Assembly (NCBI RefSeq): GCF_006345805.1
Contig: NC_043023.1
Coordinates: forward strand, 6,076,001 to 6,140,000
Direction of reading: 5' to 3'
Length of the DNA: 64,000 nucleotides
Source of the DNA: Octopus sinensis
Taxonomy: Eukaryota
Shown here: one piece after another, positions 51,312 to 64,000 of the stretch
Layout: every line of letters starts with the position of its first letter
How positions within the stretch are numbered: position 1 is the first letter of the stretch
Notes under the pieces: generated by a model
What the model was told of the DNA's origin: nothing
What the model saw: only the letters and a program-made list of their open reading frames with translations
Databases searched by the model: none
Translations under genes and position numbers: made by a program

Positions 51312-54089
51312 CAGAGATGGATATTAGTTGGGGGTGGCAAGAGAAGGGGGGAAAATGGAGAACACAAACTTGGCGCTGACCTCCTCCCACATTCAGACAA
51401 AACAATCTGGGCCCTACTTCTTAACATGATCAGTTCCAGCCCCTCTGGACGTAAAGGAGTTGTTTATATCACATCCTTGACGGAGAGAGAGAGAGAGAGG
51501 GCAAACGGCCTGTGGTTGTACAATTGCAGGGCCCAGAACAGCCAACCGGCTTCTTTTGACCGATTCCAGCAACCCCCACCTCTACATTTAAGGTCATACC
51601 ACAACTGCCCCCTGATTACTCCCCATTGCTCCAGACAGTGGTGATAATGGTGGTGGTGGTGGTGGTAGTGAAAGGGCAAAAAAAGCAGAACGGGCAAAAC
51701 TTGAAGCGCATCCTTCCAACAAAAACAAATTTACCCTAAAAGCCCCCAAAAAAATACTGGGCCCCTTGCCAAACAATTTTTTAAAAAAATAAGCAAATAA
51801 CAGCAATGCCCCAGGATGGTTGCAGCTAAAACAGTTAATTCAAATTATTAAGTCCTAACAGCTGTTTCTAGTTTAGGTGATTTTGAGGAGTGACAGGCAG
51901 GGCTAGTCCAAACTGCCTGACTGGTAATTTATTTCAGTGACCCTTTAAAGGGATGAGAAGCAAAGCAAACCGTGGCAGGATTTCAACTCAGAACATGAAA
52001 CCAGAAGAAATACCACAAAGAATATTTTTAGCAATGCAGCATTGGATACAATCAATCCACCTCTCTCCTAATGGGGCCTGAAATATCATAGAAAGGGGGT
52101 TAAGTCAATTACATCAACCCCAGTACTCAACTGGTACTTAGTTTATCAACGATGAATGGTTAAAGTCAACCTTGGCTGAATTTGAACCCAGAGTGTTAAG
52201 ATGGATGAAATGCTGCTATGGTTTTGCAGGCATGCAAACAATTCTACCAACCCGCTGCCTTACCATTCTCCTAATGGCACTTTCTAATTTTGGTACAAGG
52301 CCAGCAATTTTGAACGGAAGGGCAAGTTGATTTCATCGACCCCTGTGCTTATCTGGCACTTTATCAACCCAAAAAGGATAAGTTGACCGTGGTGGAATTT
52401 TAACTCAGCATATAAACAGCTGGAGCTAATGCCTCAAAGTATTTTCCCCCCTGCTGTGCTAACAATTCTGTTAGCTCAACTGGCCTGCTTTAAGGACAAG
52501 GCCTGGAATTTAGGGGGGGGGGGGGGTAGTAAATTACATCAACCCCCCCAATATTCAACTAGTATGTATTTCATTGACCCTGAAAGGATAAAAGGCAAAG
52601 TTGACCTCAGTGGAATTTGAACTCAAAACAGAGAGACACAAGAAAATGCCACTAAGCATTTTTGTCCAAATGTGCAAATGATTCTGCCAACTCACCGCAT
52701 TAGTATTACTACTACTACCACTACTATTAATACTACTAATTTTGCTTATTGGCCACAACGAGCCAAGATTCAATAAAAATAATTACTTCTAATTTAGGAC
52801 TCAAGGTTGTCAACTGAGTAAAAGGAATTAGTTTTTTACATAAAGAAAATAATAATAAATAAAACTACGTTAGTACTTGTGTTTAATCAACTTCAGAGAT
52901 TACAGGTAAGGTTCACCAAGGCAAGATTCTGATGTTTTAACAACTATTATTATTATTATTATTATAGGTTTGGCAATGCAAACAAGAAAAATAGAAACTC
53001 AAAACATGAGTTTAGGGACTAAAACAGGTAAAATCCAGGCAAGATGGGGTCTTTTTTTAGCTAGCTGATCCTCTGATGTAATAATTACAAACTTCCTACA
53101 CTTGGGTCCCCGGATCTTACCCATGTAAACATTTGTTAATATTTAGTAGAAGCGACAGAATGACTTAAGGACCAAGTGCTTCATACGTCAAGCCCTTACC
53201 AAACTAGTTACGAATCAAAGGGTTAGGGGAAACACTGTGATCGCCAGCATATAAATTTATAACCCTTGGATTTGTAGCTAGTTTTTTTAAGTGCTAACGC
53301 ATGAAATTCTTGGCCCTGGGGTCGCTCTGTTACTTCTGCCAAATATCAATATATTATTTTTAATGGAAATAGGCCTCAAGTTTTTCTTGAAGGAGGGGAA
53401 GGCAGTGAGAAGCAGTTGATTTAATGATTTGTATCAAGCCCGACAGCTCATGAGGGCTGCTGTTGTTGACAGAGACCCATCATGACTCCCCAGAACGATG
53501 CTTGAGATCAGAATGTAAAGGGATAGGATTAAAATACCACAAGGCATTTCGGTCCACCACTCTGCACCTCCTGCCAATCTACCGCTCTAATTAATTAATT
53601 AACAAGGATTAGTAATCTAATCACAAGGTCCCAAATTACTGTGGGAGGGGTTAGGTGTATGAAAGAGAGGAAATAAGGGGCAGGGCACAGATGATTATCT
53701 CACCAACACCCCAGTACATAACAGGTACTTATATTTTATCAGCCCGGCAGAAGGACCTGAGTAAAAAAAATCAGCCCTTGGCGGGGTTTGAACTCAGAAG
53801 TCCAAGTACCATGAGGCGTTTGGTTGTACACTACTGACTCTACTTAGCCCAACACCTTAAGCAACAACAATATTAATAGTAATAGTAGTAATAATAGCGG
53901 TTCCCGTTTGACTAGGCAAAAATAACAATCAGTTGGGTTGTGATAGCAGCAGGAATGGCTTCTAAACAGGCATAGCAAATGTATGTAGGTATGTGTGTGT
54001 CTGTGTGTCCGTGTAATTGTGTGAGAGAGAGAGAAAGGAAGAGAGAAGAGAAAGAGTGTGAGAGGAGGTGCAGTGAGAGGAGTATGTGT

Positions 54090-54234
54090 TCAATGGTGTG
54101 CAGGCAAGAGGTACTTCACATAAGGCACCTCAACATCAACCCCGTCACTGTCGTTACAGCAGAGCTCCAGCACAAGGGCCTTGACATAAGGAGGGATCTT
54201 CTTCTTGGACACCCGTTTCACCACCTCTGACAAC
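54090..54234 (-). CDS. UBA1: Ubiquitin-activating enzyme E1, last coding exon
   Basis: ttttcag acceptor, phase 2; encodes [47 protein letters not shown], matching the UBA1 C-terminal [19 protein letters not shown] motif. Confidence 0.95.
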
Positions 54235-54569
54235 CTGAAAAATAACAATAAATAACTGTAATTAATATAATGATATAATTAATAAAGATAGTTGTATACT
54301 GTCAACTTAATGTGAAAGTCCCATGAAAGGAATTATACTACTGCTATTTAGCCCTAGGAAGCAGCAATGCTTCCTGTCAGCCTTGAGAAATCTCCTGTGT
54401 CCTTATGTTTACAAGGGGGAGACAAGCACCCCCCACCCAGAGACTAGTTTCTGAGTCATTGCTCGTCTTCAGTCTGGAGTAGCATGGCCTGCTGTTTGGA
54501 GATGCCTATCTAGCCTTTGTAAACATAAGAATTCTAGTGAAATACATTCACTGATTACAAAAATAGAAA

Positions 54570-54812
54570 TAATGCATTTCTAAATCTCTCAGAGAGATAT
54601 AAGCTGTAGTGGTACAATAGAGTAGTTGTATGCTGTCATCTTAATGTGACAGTCCCATGAAGGGAATCACACCACTGCTATTTAGCCCTAGGAACCTTCA
54701 ATGTTTCCTGTTGGCCTTGATACATCTCCTGGTCACATTATGTTGACAGCATACAACCACTTTATTGTACCACTACTACATAAATCTCTCAGAGATATTT
54801 AGAAATGTATTA
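54570..54812. mobile_element. MITE-like element in the last UBA1 intron
   Basis: About 70-nt inverted termini (aatgcatttctaaatctctcagagag... / ...tctctcagagatatttagaaatgtatt). Its core is also repeated directly at about 54285-54400. Confidence 0.55.
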
Positions 54813-56359
54813 TTACTATTGATATAATTAATGTTATCCTAAATCAGAAAGAAAGCTAAAGGAAAAACTCTCTGTACTCTGACGCGTTTGTTCCCTTCTA
54901 AACCAAAACAGCATCTAGAACAAGTCATCAAACCCCAGCCTGCTGAGCATTTTAATCCAGCCCTTTTGGCAGGCCCTGAATAACCTTCATTAACTTTTCT
55001 TTTTCAAACCCTTTGTTTTGGGATTTAATTGAGAGTAATTGCACTGCATGACCATGTGAAAAACACACTTACAGATTCACACTCATTTATGTATTGAGAT
55101 GTCAGACAGTAGCACCCCCCAAAAAGGCCCTGATAGCACAAAACACAAAAATAATTTTTGCTGATAAAAGAAATAGAAATGTAGAAAAAAAATTTATCAA
55201 CAATGTAATTTTTCCAGAGGGGTGGAAACATGAACAATTGCTGGTATGTTAATTTAATGACTGGCATCCGTGCTGGCGGGGTGAAAGGAGCACCATACGA
55301 GTGTGATCATTGACAGAGCAGCTAACCGGCTTCCATGCCAGTGGCACATAAAAGGGTACCATTCAAGCGTGATCATTACCAGTGTCACCTTACTGGCACT
55401 TGTGCTGCTGGACTGACACCTGTGTAGGTGAAATGTAAAAAACACCATTTGAGCGTGGCTGTTGCTGGGGGCACGTAAAAAGCACTCACTACACTCTCGG
55501 AATGGTTGGCGTTAGAAAGGGCATCCAGCTGTAGGAACTCTGCCAGATCAAGATTGGAGCCTGGTGCAGCCATCTGGTTCGCCAGCCCTCAGTCAAAATC
55601 GTCCAACCCATGCTAGCATGGAAAGCGGACGTTAAACGATGATAGGTTAATAATAATGGATTAAATAAAATAAAATGAAGTGTTAACAAAAATTTCAATG
55701 TTATATTTTTCACAAAAGAATAATTTACTGCAGTACAAGGGTAGATGATCGTAGTCATGAAAATTTTGTCAACTGGATTTCTGTCTATTTTTGTCAAATG
55801 ATTGTTTTGTTTTATGTTCCCAGATTTTTGCTGACCAAATCAAAGTCATGGAAAAAAGGCCCCATATGACCATCCGGCCCACCGGCATGGTACCTAAAGT
55901 CAATCCAGCCTGTGAGCTGAAAAGTTTCCTGGCCCCTGATCTAGAAGCAAGTTAAACCAAACCATCAAAAGACCAAAGTTAGTGTTAGTCTTCTATTATA
56001 ATTCCATTCACATTAAGGATGTTTTAAAGGTATATTAAATCTACCCCAATATTTCACTATTTTATTTTATCAAACCCTACAAGGATGAAAGGTAAAGTTA
56101 GTGTTAGTCTTCTGTTATAATTCCATTGACATCTACGATATATTTTGGATTATAAAAACCACCCCAGTATTTCCCTGCTACTTTATTTTATTCAACCCCA
56201 GGAGGATGAAATGCAGTGTTCTGTTATAATGAACCAGAGATAGGAGGGAACCCCTGGTTTGCCTGAGATAAGTGCAAAGAGGGGCTGTTAATGGAAATTT
56301 AAAGACTAATGACAACCTGACCCCACCATGACCATAATGTAAAAAGTGAAGATACTTAC

Positions 56360-56460
56360 GGTAGGACCATGCGCTCCTGTCGTTTTGAAGGGGTCATAAA
56401 GAAGGAGTATAACATACACACACCCTGTGACAACATGGTTATCTCAAGGTCGTACTTGGT
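56360..56460 (-). CDS. UBA1: Ubiquitin-activating enzyme E1, penultimate coding exon
   Basis: ttccag acceptor and CC|gtaagt donor; 101 nt, phase 0-2. Encodes [33 protein letters not shown](P), matching UBA1 [17 protein letters not shown]. Confidence 0.95.
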
Positions 56461-57484
56461 CTGGAAAGAACAAGGTGAAATAAGTTTATAGACACAACTT
56501 GACAGACAATATATATATATATATATATATAAAACAGGTTTTAAAATAATAGTTGTTACATTGTTCATGTGTTTGTACTGGGTTTAGTTTTGAGTTTTAG
56601 GGTTAGGGTTACAGAAAAAAGTGGAAAATGAAGAAATTGGAGGGGGGGGTAGCCAAAAAATTTCAAAATTCCGATTTTTGGCAATTTTCCGGAATCTCTA
56701 TCCAAAAAGCTGGGTTTTTGGAGGAAAAAAAAAAATTTAAAAGAAAACAATAATCTGCGAGAAAAGGGGGGGGGGGGCTTTCTGAAAATAGTAGCTGAAA
56801 AACGGAAAAAAGACCTAAAAAGCAAACGATTGTGGTGGTGCCATGAAGTAAACATGCTTCAGATACACTCATTTATTCATACAAACATGACTGGGATGAA
56901 ATATGTCATAAATAACAGTGACAAACAAAATATACACCGCCGGAAGTTCTTGTTGATAAACAACAGCAGTAATTTTAATCAGCTCAATAGACATCATTGA
57001 TTGGTTGAAATTACTGTAACACGAAATAACTTCATAATTATAAACTTTTCTGAACAACACTAAGAGCAAAAGATATTTTATATGACACATTCTACCAGTG
57101 TCCAAAGTTTGAAAGTGTTTAGTTACAAAAAAATTAATTTATCGACCTGCAAATAAATAGGAAAAGATCCGAAACCTCTGATGAGAAACAAGATGACATT
57201 GATCAAATTTCGATTTCAGGTGATAATATTTTGTCCAAATACTTCATTCTGTGAGTTTATCTCAACAGGGAAAGAGGTTTTGGCTTGCTCGCTCGCAATT
57301 CCCACACATCTCATTGAGGTTAGTGCTTTATGTGGCTGTTTGAGTTAAATTCTGACTCACTTCTAGCAAGTATTGGGGCTATTTTGCACCCTCGTTCATT
57401 AATTTTAGCTTTTTATTTTAATTGCTAACAGGCCACCTATATTATAATATATTTAATTTATCTAAATATATTATTATAACGTAC

Positions 57485-57532
<48 letters not shown>

Positions 57533-57749
57533 GATTCTGCAATTTAAATTCCCAGTTCAACTACTTTCTTCTTCAATTTCAACTCCCGCTCGATGACCGC
57601 AGCAAGTTCTTAAAAAATTTATCTTCTATATTTTTTATTCGTTGTTAATACGTTTATTCATACACTGTTACGAAAATTTAACCTTTTTAGGATACTTTCA
57701 AGCCTTCGCCATAACTTGATTTATCTTCCTATCTCTCTCTCTACAATAT

Positions 57750-60700
57750 TTAACCGCAGGCTGCCTCAAGCCGTAATCCATCTTTTTCCCATCTTTCAGT
57801 CATTGGCGGTGCGCCCCCCCCCCCACCCCCCACCACCAATACCGTTGAACACTGTTCTCACCCCCACCACCAATACCGTTGAACACTGTTCTCACCCCCC
57901 CCACCACCAATACCAGTATACCCCGTTCTCTCTATCTACACCGGATACACCTTACTCATCTACATTGGGTACGCCCTACTCCCTCCTCCTCCTCCACCAC
58001 TACACTTCTCCTCATATGCTTAAGACAAGCTGCTAGCGCCATAGCTCATCAACTGCCCACCGATCTTACGCTTCTCCTGACACTGCCTCAATCCGACCAT
58101 CCCCTTTAGTACCCTCCCGCCTCGTCAATCCGACCATCCCCTTTAGTACCCTCCCGCCTCGTAATATCCTACGTTTTTATTTCTTAGGAACCTACACCAA
58201 CCCTTCCTGCCATCGTTCCTCCTTACCCCAACCTTCCCCACTGGTTGCTCCCCTATATTACCCGCCTCAACTGGACCTCCCCAACTCAACTCTAGAATAT
58301 CTGTATTTCTTTCCTCTACCTAATTACGTTACTCAGAGACGATAACAAATGTCCACTGCTAACACCAGCTCCTGCCCACGGCGTGGTCAGGTTGGAAGAG
58401 AGATCAAAAGAAAAATACCACGAAAACTATCACCACCACTACAACCCTCCTCTTCTCAGGCGCCGAATCCCCCCTGTCCCCCCCACATCTCCTTCCCAGT
58501 TTTCAGAGTTGGCACTATCAATGTTGGTACATTGACAGGCAAGTCTAGTGAGATTGTAGAGATGCTAGAGAGAAGACAGGTTGATGTATGCTGCATACAA
58601 GAGGTAAGATGGAGAGATGCTTCGGCTAGGGTCCTCACGGGCAAGGCACTTAGATACAAACTCTACTGGAAGGTCAACGCGGAAGGTGTAGGGGGTGTAG
58701 GGCATTCTCCCTTGCGGAGGAATGGGTGGATAAGGTCATAGAGGTTGTCAGGGTTTGTGTAGAGTGCTTAAGCTCAGGTTGGTCCTACAGAGTGGCACAG
58801 CTATGATTATCTCAGCCTATGCCCCACAAGCGGGACTACCAAATGATCAGAAGGACAACTTTTATGATACCCTTCTGCAGGCTACTTCAAAGACTAGTAA
58901 CAAGGACCTCATCTTTGTAGGTGGAGATTTTTAACGGGCATGTTGGGCGGGAATCGGGTATCTTCACTGGGGTACATGGTGGATATGGTATTGGCACCAG
59001 GAACGATGAGGGAACTAGACTACTGGAATTCTGTGATGCATGTAACCTTTCAATCTGCAACACTAACTTCAAGAAGCCAGTCCTGCCACCTTATAACTTA
59101 TCAGTCAGGAGACTCCGCTAGCCAAATAGACTTCATCCTCACCAGACAACGGATGCAGGGTTGCTCTTGAATACAAAGTCCCTCCCGGGTGGAAGAATGT
59201 ATCCCTCAGCATAGACTAATCATCAGTGACTTTAAGCTTGAGCCAGAAGGACTCCAAGAAACAACCAATCCAGAAAAGAAGGATTTGGAGGCTAAAGACC
59301 CCTTTCGCATGGTCAGAAATTTAGGGACATACTCATCAAGAAATTTGATGAGAGGAAGAGGAGCTTCAGATGTCAGACATAGAAGGTAGCTGGGAAATGT
59401 CCTACGGGACAGCTTGTTGAGTGGCCACAGACCAAGTTTGGGATGGTGCAAAGTCCCTTCCAGACCTAGAATTACGTGGTGGTGGAATAGTGCAGTAGAT
59501 AAAGCCATCTGTGAAAAGAGACGAGCCTGGAAAGCCTGGAAGGAGGGGGGCAGCAGGGAACTGTACCAGATAGCCAAAAGGGAGGCTGGGCGGCAGGTAT
59601 CATTGCCAAAGATGTAGCAGAAAAGAAGAAGTTTGCCAATGTCCAGCGTCGCGAGGATCAAAGAGCTGAAGTATTTTCGGATTGCCAGACAGTGTGTCAG
59701 AGAAAATAGCGATGTTATAGGAGAGAAATGTGTCCGCATGGATGATGGGGCACTTGCTTTTAATACTGCTAGTGAAAGAAGAGGCTTGGAGAAGCCATTA
59801 TGAAAGACTGCTAAATGAGGAGAATGAATGGGAGGAGGAGAGCCTGCCAAATGTTGACCCAGTAGAGGACCAGCTACCCGAATAGACAGCTCCGTTGTAG
59901 ATAAGGCAATTAAGGATATGAAACCAGGCAAGCCCTGGCCTATCAGGAATCACTGCTGAGATGCTTAAAACAGCTGGCTATGTGGGCCATGCCATAGTCA
60001 CCCGCATTGTAAACCAGGTAGTTCACAATGGAGCCATACCCATGACTGGTGCAGCAGTACCATAGTCAACTGCTACAAGGGTAAGGGTGATGCTCTAGAT
60101 AGAAAATAACTACAGAGGTATCAAACTGTTGGACCAGGTGATGAAGGTCTCAGAGAAGGTCATAACCAATCTCATTAGGGAGAGAATTTGTTTAGATGAA
60201 ATGCAGTTCGGTTTTGTACCAGGTAGAAGCACCACTGATGCTATATTCCTGGTTCGACAACTGCAGGAGAAGTACCTAGCTAAAGATAAAACCCCTCTAC
60301 ATAGCTTTTGTAGACTTGGAAAAGCCTTTGACAGGGTTCCCCGTTCCCTTATCTGGTGGTCGATGCGGAAACTGGAGATTGAAGAATGGCTAATAAGGGC
60401 TGTACAGGCTCTATACAGAGAGGCTGTTAGCAAGTTTAGGATTGGCAACGAATATAGTGAAGAATTCCGAGTAGAAGTAGGTGTGCACCAGGGCTCAGCC
60501 CTCAGTCCCCTTTTGTTCATCATAGTACTTCAAGCAATAACAGAGGAATTCAAAACGGGATGCCCCTGGAGCTCCTCTATTGCCGATGACCTAGCTCTCA
60601 TAGCAGATCACTACCGGAACTAGAAGAGAAATTTCGGGTATGGAAGCAAGGGTTGGAATCAAAGGCCTTAGAATAAATGTAGCAAAGACCAAAGTATTAG

Positions 60701-61620
60701 TAAGCAGCAAGAGTACTCAACACACATCCCCTCGGTAGGTGGCCCTGCTCAACCTGTAGGAAAGGTACAGGTAGAAACTCCATAAGATGCACCCAATGTA
60801 AGTTATGGACCATAAGAGGTGCAGCAACATTAAAGGGAAATTAAACAGATAAGATAGCTTTCATGTCGGCAGATGCACAGGGACAATAGACACAACAGAC
60901 ACTCAGAAAAACAGATTCCATCACACTCCAGGGAGAGAAACTAGAAGTAGTTGATAGTGTTCCGCTAACTGGGAGACCAAGTTAGTAGCGGAGGTGGATG
61001 CAGAGAGTAGATATCACCACTAGAATACGAATACGCATAGCTGGGCAAAGTTCAGAAAGCTCTTACCCCTACCCCCATAAACTCTACACCTAAAGGCCTC
61101 TAACAATAGCTCCTAAAGAAAGCAAAAGGTATTATTGATGATGCATGTGTGCGAACTGCCATGCTTCACGGTAATGAAAAATGGGCTGTGACTGCAGAAG
61201 ACATGCGTAGACTTGAAAGAAATGAAGCTAGCATGATCCGCTGGATGTGTAGTGTCAGTGTGCACGCAAAACAGAGTGTAAGTATCCTGAGAGAAATGCT
61301 GGATATAAGAAGCATCAGATGTGGTGTGCAAGAGCGACGCTTGCGATGGTATGGTCATGTGCTGCGGATGGATGAAGAGAGATGTGTGAAGAAGTGCCAC
61401 TCCAAACAGTTGAAGGTATCAGGGGAGAGGTAGACCCAGGAAGACATGGGATGAGGTGGTCAAGCATGACCTCAGAGCATTGGGCCTCACTGAGGCAATG
61501 GCGAAGGACCGAGATCTCTGGAGATATGCTGTGACTACAAAGACCCGGGCTGCTTCTGCAGCAATTCCACATACCCCCTACCCATTCTAAGTACCCCCCT
61601 ACCCATTCTAAGTACCCCGG
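57750..61620 (+). mobile_element. Near full-length RTE-clade LINE (APE + RT), many frameshifts
   Basis: APE start (VGTINVGTLTG...VDVCCIQEVRW), RT motifs (QFGFVPGRSTTDAIF, KAFDRVPR, GVHQGSALSPLLF, ADDL) and a 3' tandem tacccccctacccattctaag. Antisense to UBA1, inside an intron. Confidence 0.88.
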
Positions 61621-62221
61621 AGCTCAATGACATCATTGATTGGTTGAAATTACTGTAACACGAAATAACTTCATAATTATAAATTTCTGAACAACACTAA
61701 GAGCAAAAGATATTTTTATATGACCACCATTCTACCAGTGTGTCCAAACAGTTTGAAGGTGTTTAGTTACAAAAAATTAATTTATCGACCTGCCAAATAA
61801 AATAAATAGGAAAGATCCGAAACCTCTGATGAGAAACAAGATGACATTGATCAAATTTCGATTTCAGGTGATAAGATATTTTGTCCAAATACTTCATTCT
61901 GTGAGTTATCTCACAGGAAAGAGGTTTTGGCTGCTCGCTCGCAAATTCCCACACATCTCATTGAGGTTAGTGATTTATGTGGCTGTTTGAGTTAATTCTG
62001 GCTCACTTCTAGCAAAATATTGGGGCTATTTTGCACCCTGTTCATTAATTTTAGCTTTTTATTTAATGCTAACCGGCCACCTATATTATAATATATTTAA
62101 TTGATCTAAATATATTATGATAACTTACTATATTTATATATATATATAATATATATATATCAGGCTAAACGTAAAAATAATTACATACACAAAAAATACA
62201 TACACCACATATATATATATA

Positions 62222-63150
62222 TGTTAGTTAGTTAATTTGGCTCAAAAGCAAATAGCAAGGCCATGTAGGGGGACATGGAGTTAAGTACAGGGTGGTGTTC
62301 ATGTAAAGAGTTCAGGCCACTTGAGGTCCAGGGAGGCTTTGAACAAAGCGGTCGTCGGCATCTTCACCATCTCATCTGGCAGCTTGTTCCACGGATCCGC
62401 AACCCGGACGGAGAAAGCTCCTCTCCTTCGATTGAGATGAAATCGTCGCAGGTAGAGCTTTTCGGAATGACCTCGCAGCCGACGCTCTGGAGCAGGAGTG
62501 AAGAACAGCTCTTTCGAGAGGTTACACTTTCCGTATGATGTTGTGGGCGAGAATGAGATCACCACGGCGGCGGCGTTTTTCAAGAGAATAAAGGTCGAGC
62601 GTCCTCAGCCTTTCTTCGTAGGACAAATTTTTGAGACCATGAACCATGCGGGTAGCCAGCTTCTGGACTCTTTCGAGATGATGTATGTCTTTGAGGAGAT
62701 AAGGAGAAGAGGCTTGAATCCCATACTCCAATATGGGTCTCACCAGCGTGACATAGAGCGGTAGGAATATGGCTGCTGTGAGCATTCCGAATGACCGTCG
62801 AATCAAGAACAGAATTCCGCGCGCTTTGTTGGCAGCATGGACGCACTGGGCCGAAGGCGAAAGGAGGAATCCACCAAGATACCCAGGTCCTTTACCTGAT
62901 CGGTCCTCTCCAGCAGCAGACGACCCGGCTCGAAATCAAGTTGAGTTGCAGGAGGAGAGCCAACAGGCAGATGACAGCACTTTGACACGTTCAGACACAG
63001 GTCCCAATCGTTAGACCACTTCCAAATTTGGTGGAGGCATCGACGAAGATCCTCTATATCACCGCAAGGGGCGACCAGTTTGATATCGTCGGCAAATAGA
63101 AGGGTGTGTTGCGTGAGGTCGTCGGGCAAGTCATTTATGAAGACCAAGAA
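62222..63150 (-). mobile_element. CR1/L2-clade LINE 3' fragment
   Basis: Encodes FINDLPD...LFADDIKL, LYVTLVRPILEY, LERVQKLATR...LSYEERL..L.LYSLEKRRRRGDLI and RGHSEKL...FSVRVADPWNKLP. Confidence 0.88.
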
Positions 63151-63857
63151 CCTTGAGGCACGCCACTGCTCGCACTGGAGACGTCGGACCGCGAACCATT
63201 AACTTGGACTTGGAAGGAGCGATCTGAGAGGAAGGCACCAACCCATCATACAATATCCGGATGGAATATTGTTACACATATACGAAGGGCTTCTTTCAGT
63301 TTCAGTCTACCAAATCCACTTACAAGGCTTTGGTCGGCCTGAGGCTGTAGAAGACACTTGCCCAAGGTGCCACACAGTGGGAATGAACCCGGAACCATGT
63401 GGTTGGTAAGCAAGCTACTTACCACACAGCCACTCCCATTGCGCCTATAGTTTAGTTCCATTTTGAAAAATAAAAATTTATTTTACAGTTTATAATTGTT
63501 TATATTTTTAATTACATATATATACGGGGGCACCAAAATCTTTCAGGTGCTTAGGGCCTCTATCGGTCTCACCCTGGATGCATGCATGGCAAAGTGGACA
63601 TTAACCCTTTAGTGTTCAGATTACTCTGTTAAATGTAGTAATTTTTCACTCAAATTGTCTTGAATTAATCATGCATTATCTTATAGCTTTGAGGTTTCAA
63701 TGATGTGATTGTTTATTTTCAGAATGGCATTGTAGGTTAGGAGTGAGAGGCTAGATATGGCCAGTTTGAATATAAAACATGTAGAATATATTGGGCCGGA
63801 TTTGGCCGGTTTAAACACTAAAGGGTTAAAAAGATAAGTATGATAGTATTGACTCAC

Positions 63858-63941
63858 CTGGAAATAATCAATGAATTCCTTTAAAGTCATGTCACCTTGG
63901 ACCTCAAACCTGTCCCACAAACTGAACTCTGTGTCATAATA
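63858..63941 (-). CDS. UBA1: Ubiquitin-activating enzyme E1, third-last coding exon (ubiquitin-fold domain)
   Basis: ctacag acceptor and CAG|gtgagt donor; 84 nt, phase 0-0. Encodes YYDTEFSLWDRFEVQGDMTLKEFIDYFQ, matching UBA1 LWDRFEVQG...MTL..F.DYF. The gene continues beyond the window. Confidence 0.95.
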
Positions 63942-64000
63942 CTGTAGAGAGAAAAAAAAGAGAAAATGTGAGTGAGTGTTAGTGGGAGGGCAGGAGGGAG

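Noticed and set aside
51512-51800. Possible FN3 start or TM exon (GPEQPTG...; LLQTVVIMVVVVVVVKGQKK) downstream of Ig6
   Set aside because: Purine-rich, poor acceptor; wrong phase for exon L without an indel; in-frame TGA; the hydrophobic run is a (GGT)n repeat; no FN3 W/Y motifs. Worth a tBLASTn check only.

Overview
Eukaryotic, AT-rich, repeat-dense genomic DNA, most likely from a coleoid cephalopod (Octopus-type tRNA-derived SINEs). Species is inferred from repeat content only. Two convergent protein-coding loci can be built by hand. (1) On the + strand, 12 exons (4183-39607) with canonical AG/GT sites and compatible phases encode immunoglobulin domains of the L1CAM/neuroglian family. They comprise two isolated Ig6-like exons followed by a complete Ig1-Ig6 set. 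I found no FN3, transmembrane or FIGQY exons downstream. (2) On the - strand are the last three coding exons of ubiquitin-activating enzyme E1 (UBA1; 63858-63941, 56360-56460, 54090-54234). The most notable observation is an inverted, frameshifted genomic copy of the UBA1 terminal exon at 42049-42194 (+), including its splice acceptor and proximal 3' UTR. It sits 2.4 kb after the last Ig exon and would end the Ig protein with Gly-Pro-stop, predicting a secreted Ig-only protein. A candidate promoter, non-coding exon and signal-peptide exon at 11.7-12.7 kb would make Ig1-Ig6 a self-contained gene in a tandem cluster. The remainder is SINEs, LINE remnants (R4/Dong, RTE, CR1, L1/Tx1), Penelope-like remnants (one with a hammerhead-ribozyme motif), Tc1/mariner remnants, Helitron/Helentron elements, MITE-like fold-backs and microsatellites. 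No CRISPR, rRNA or true tRNA genes were found. The many 1-nt indels around 56-62 kb may be long-read errors.
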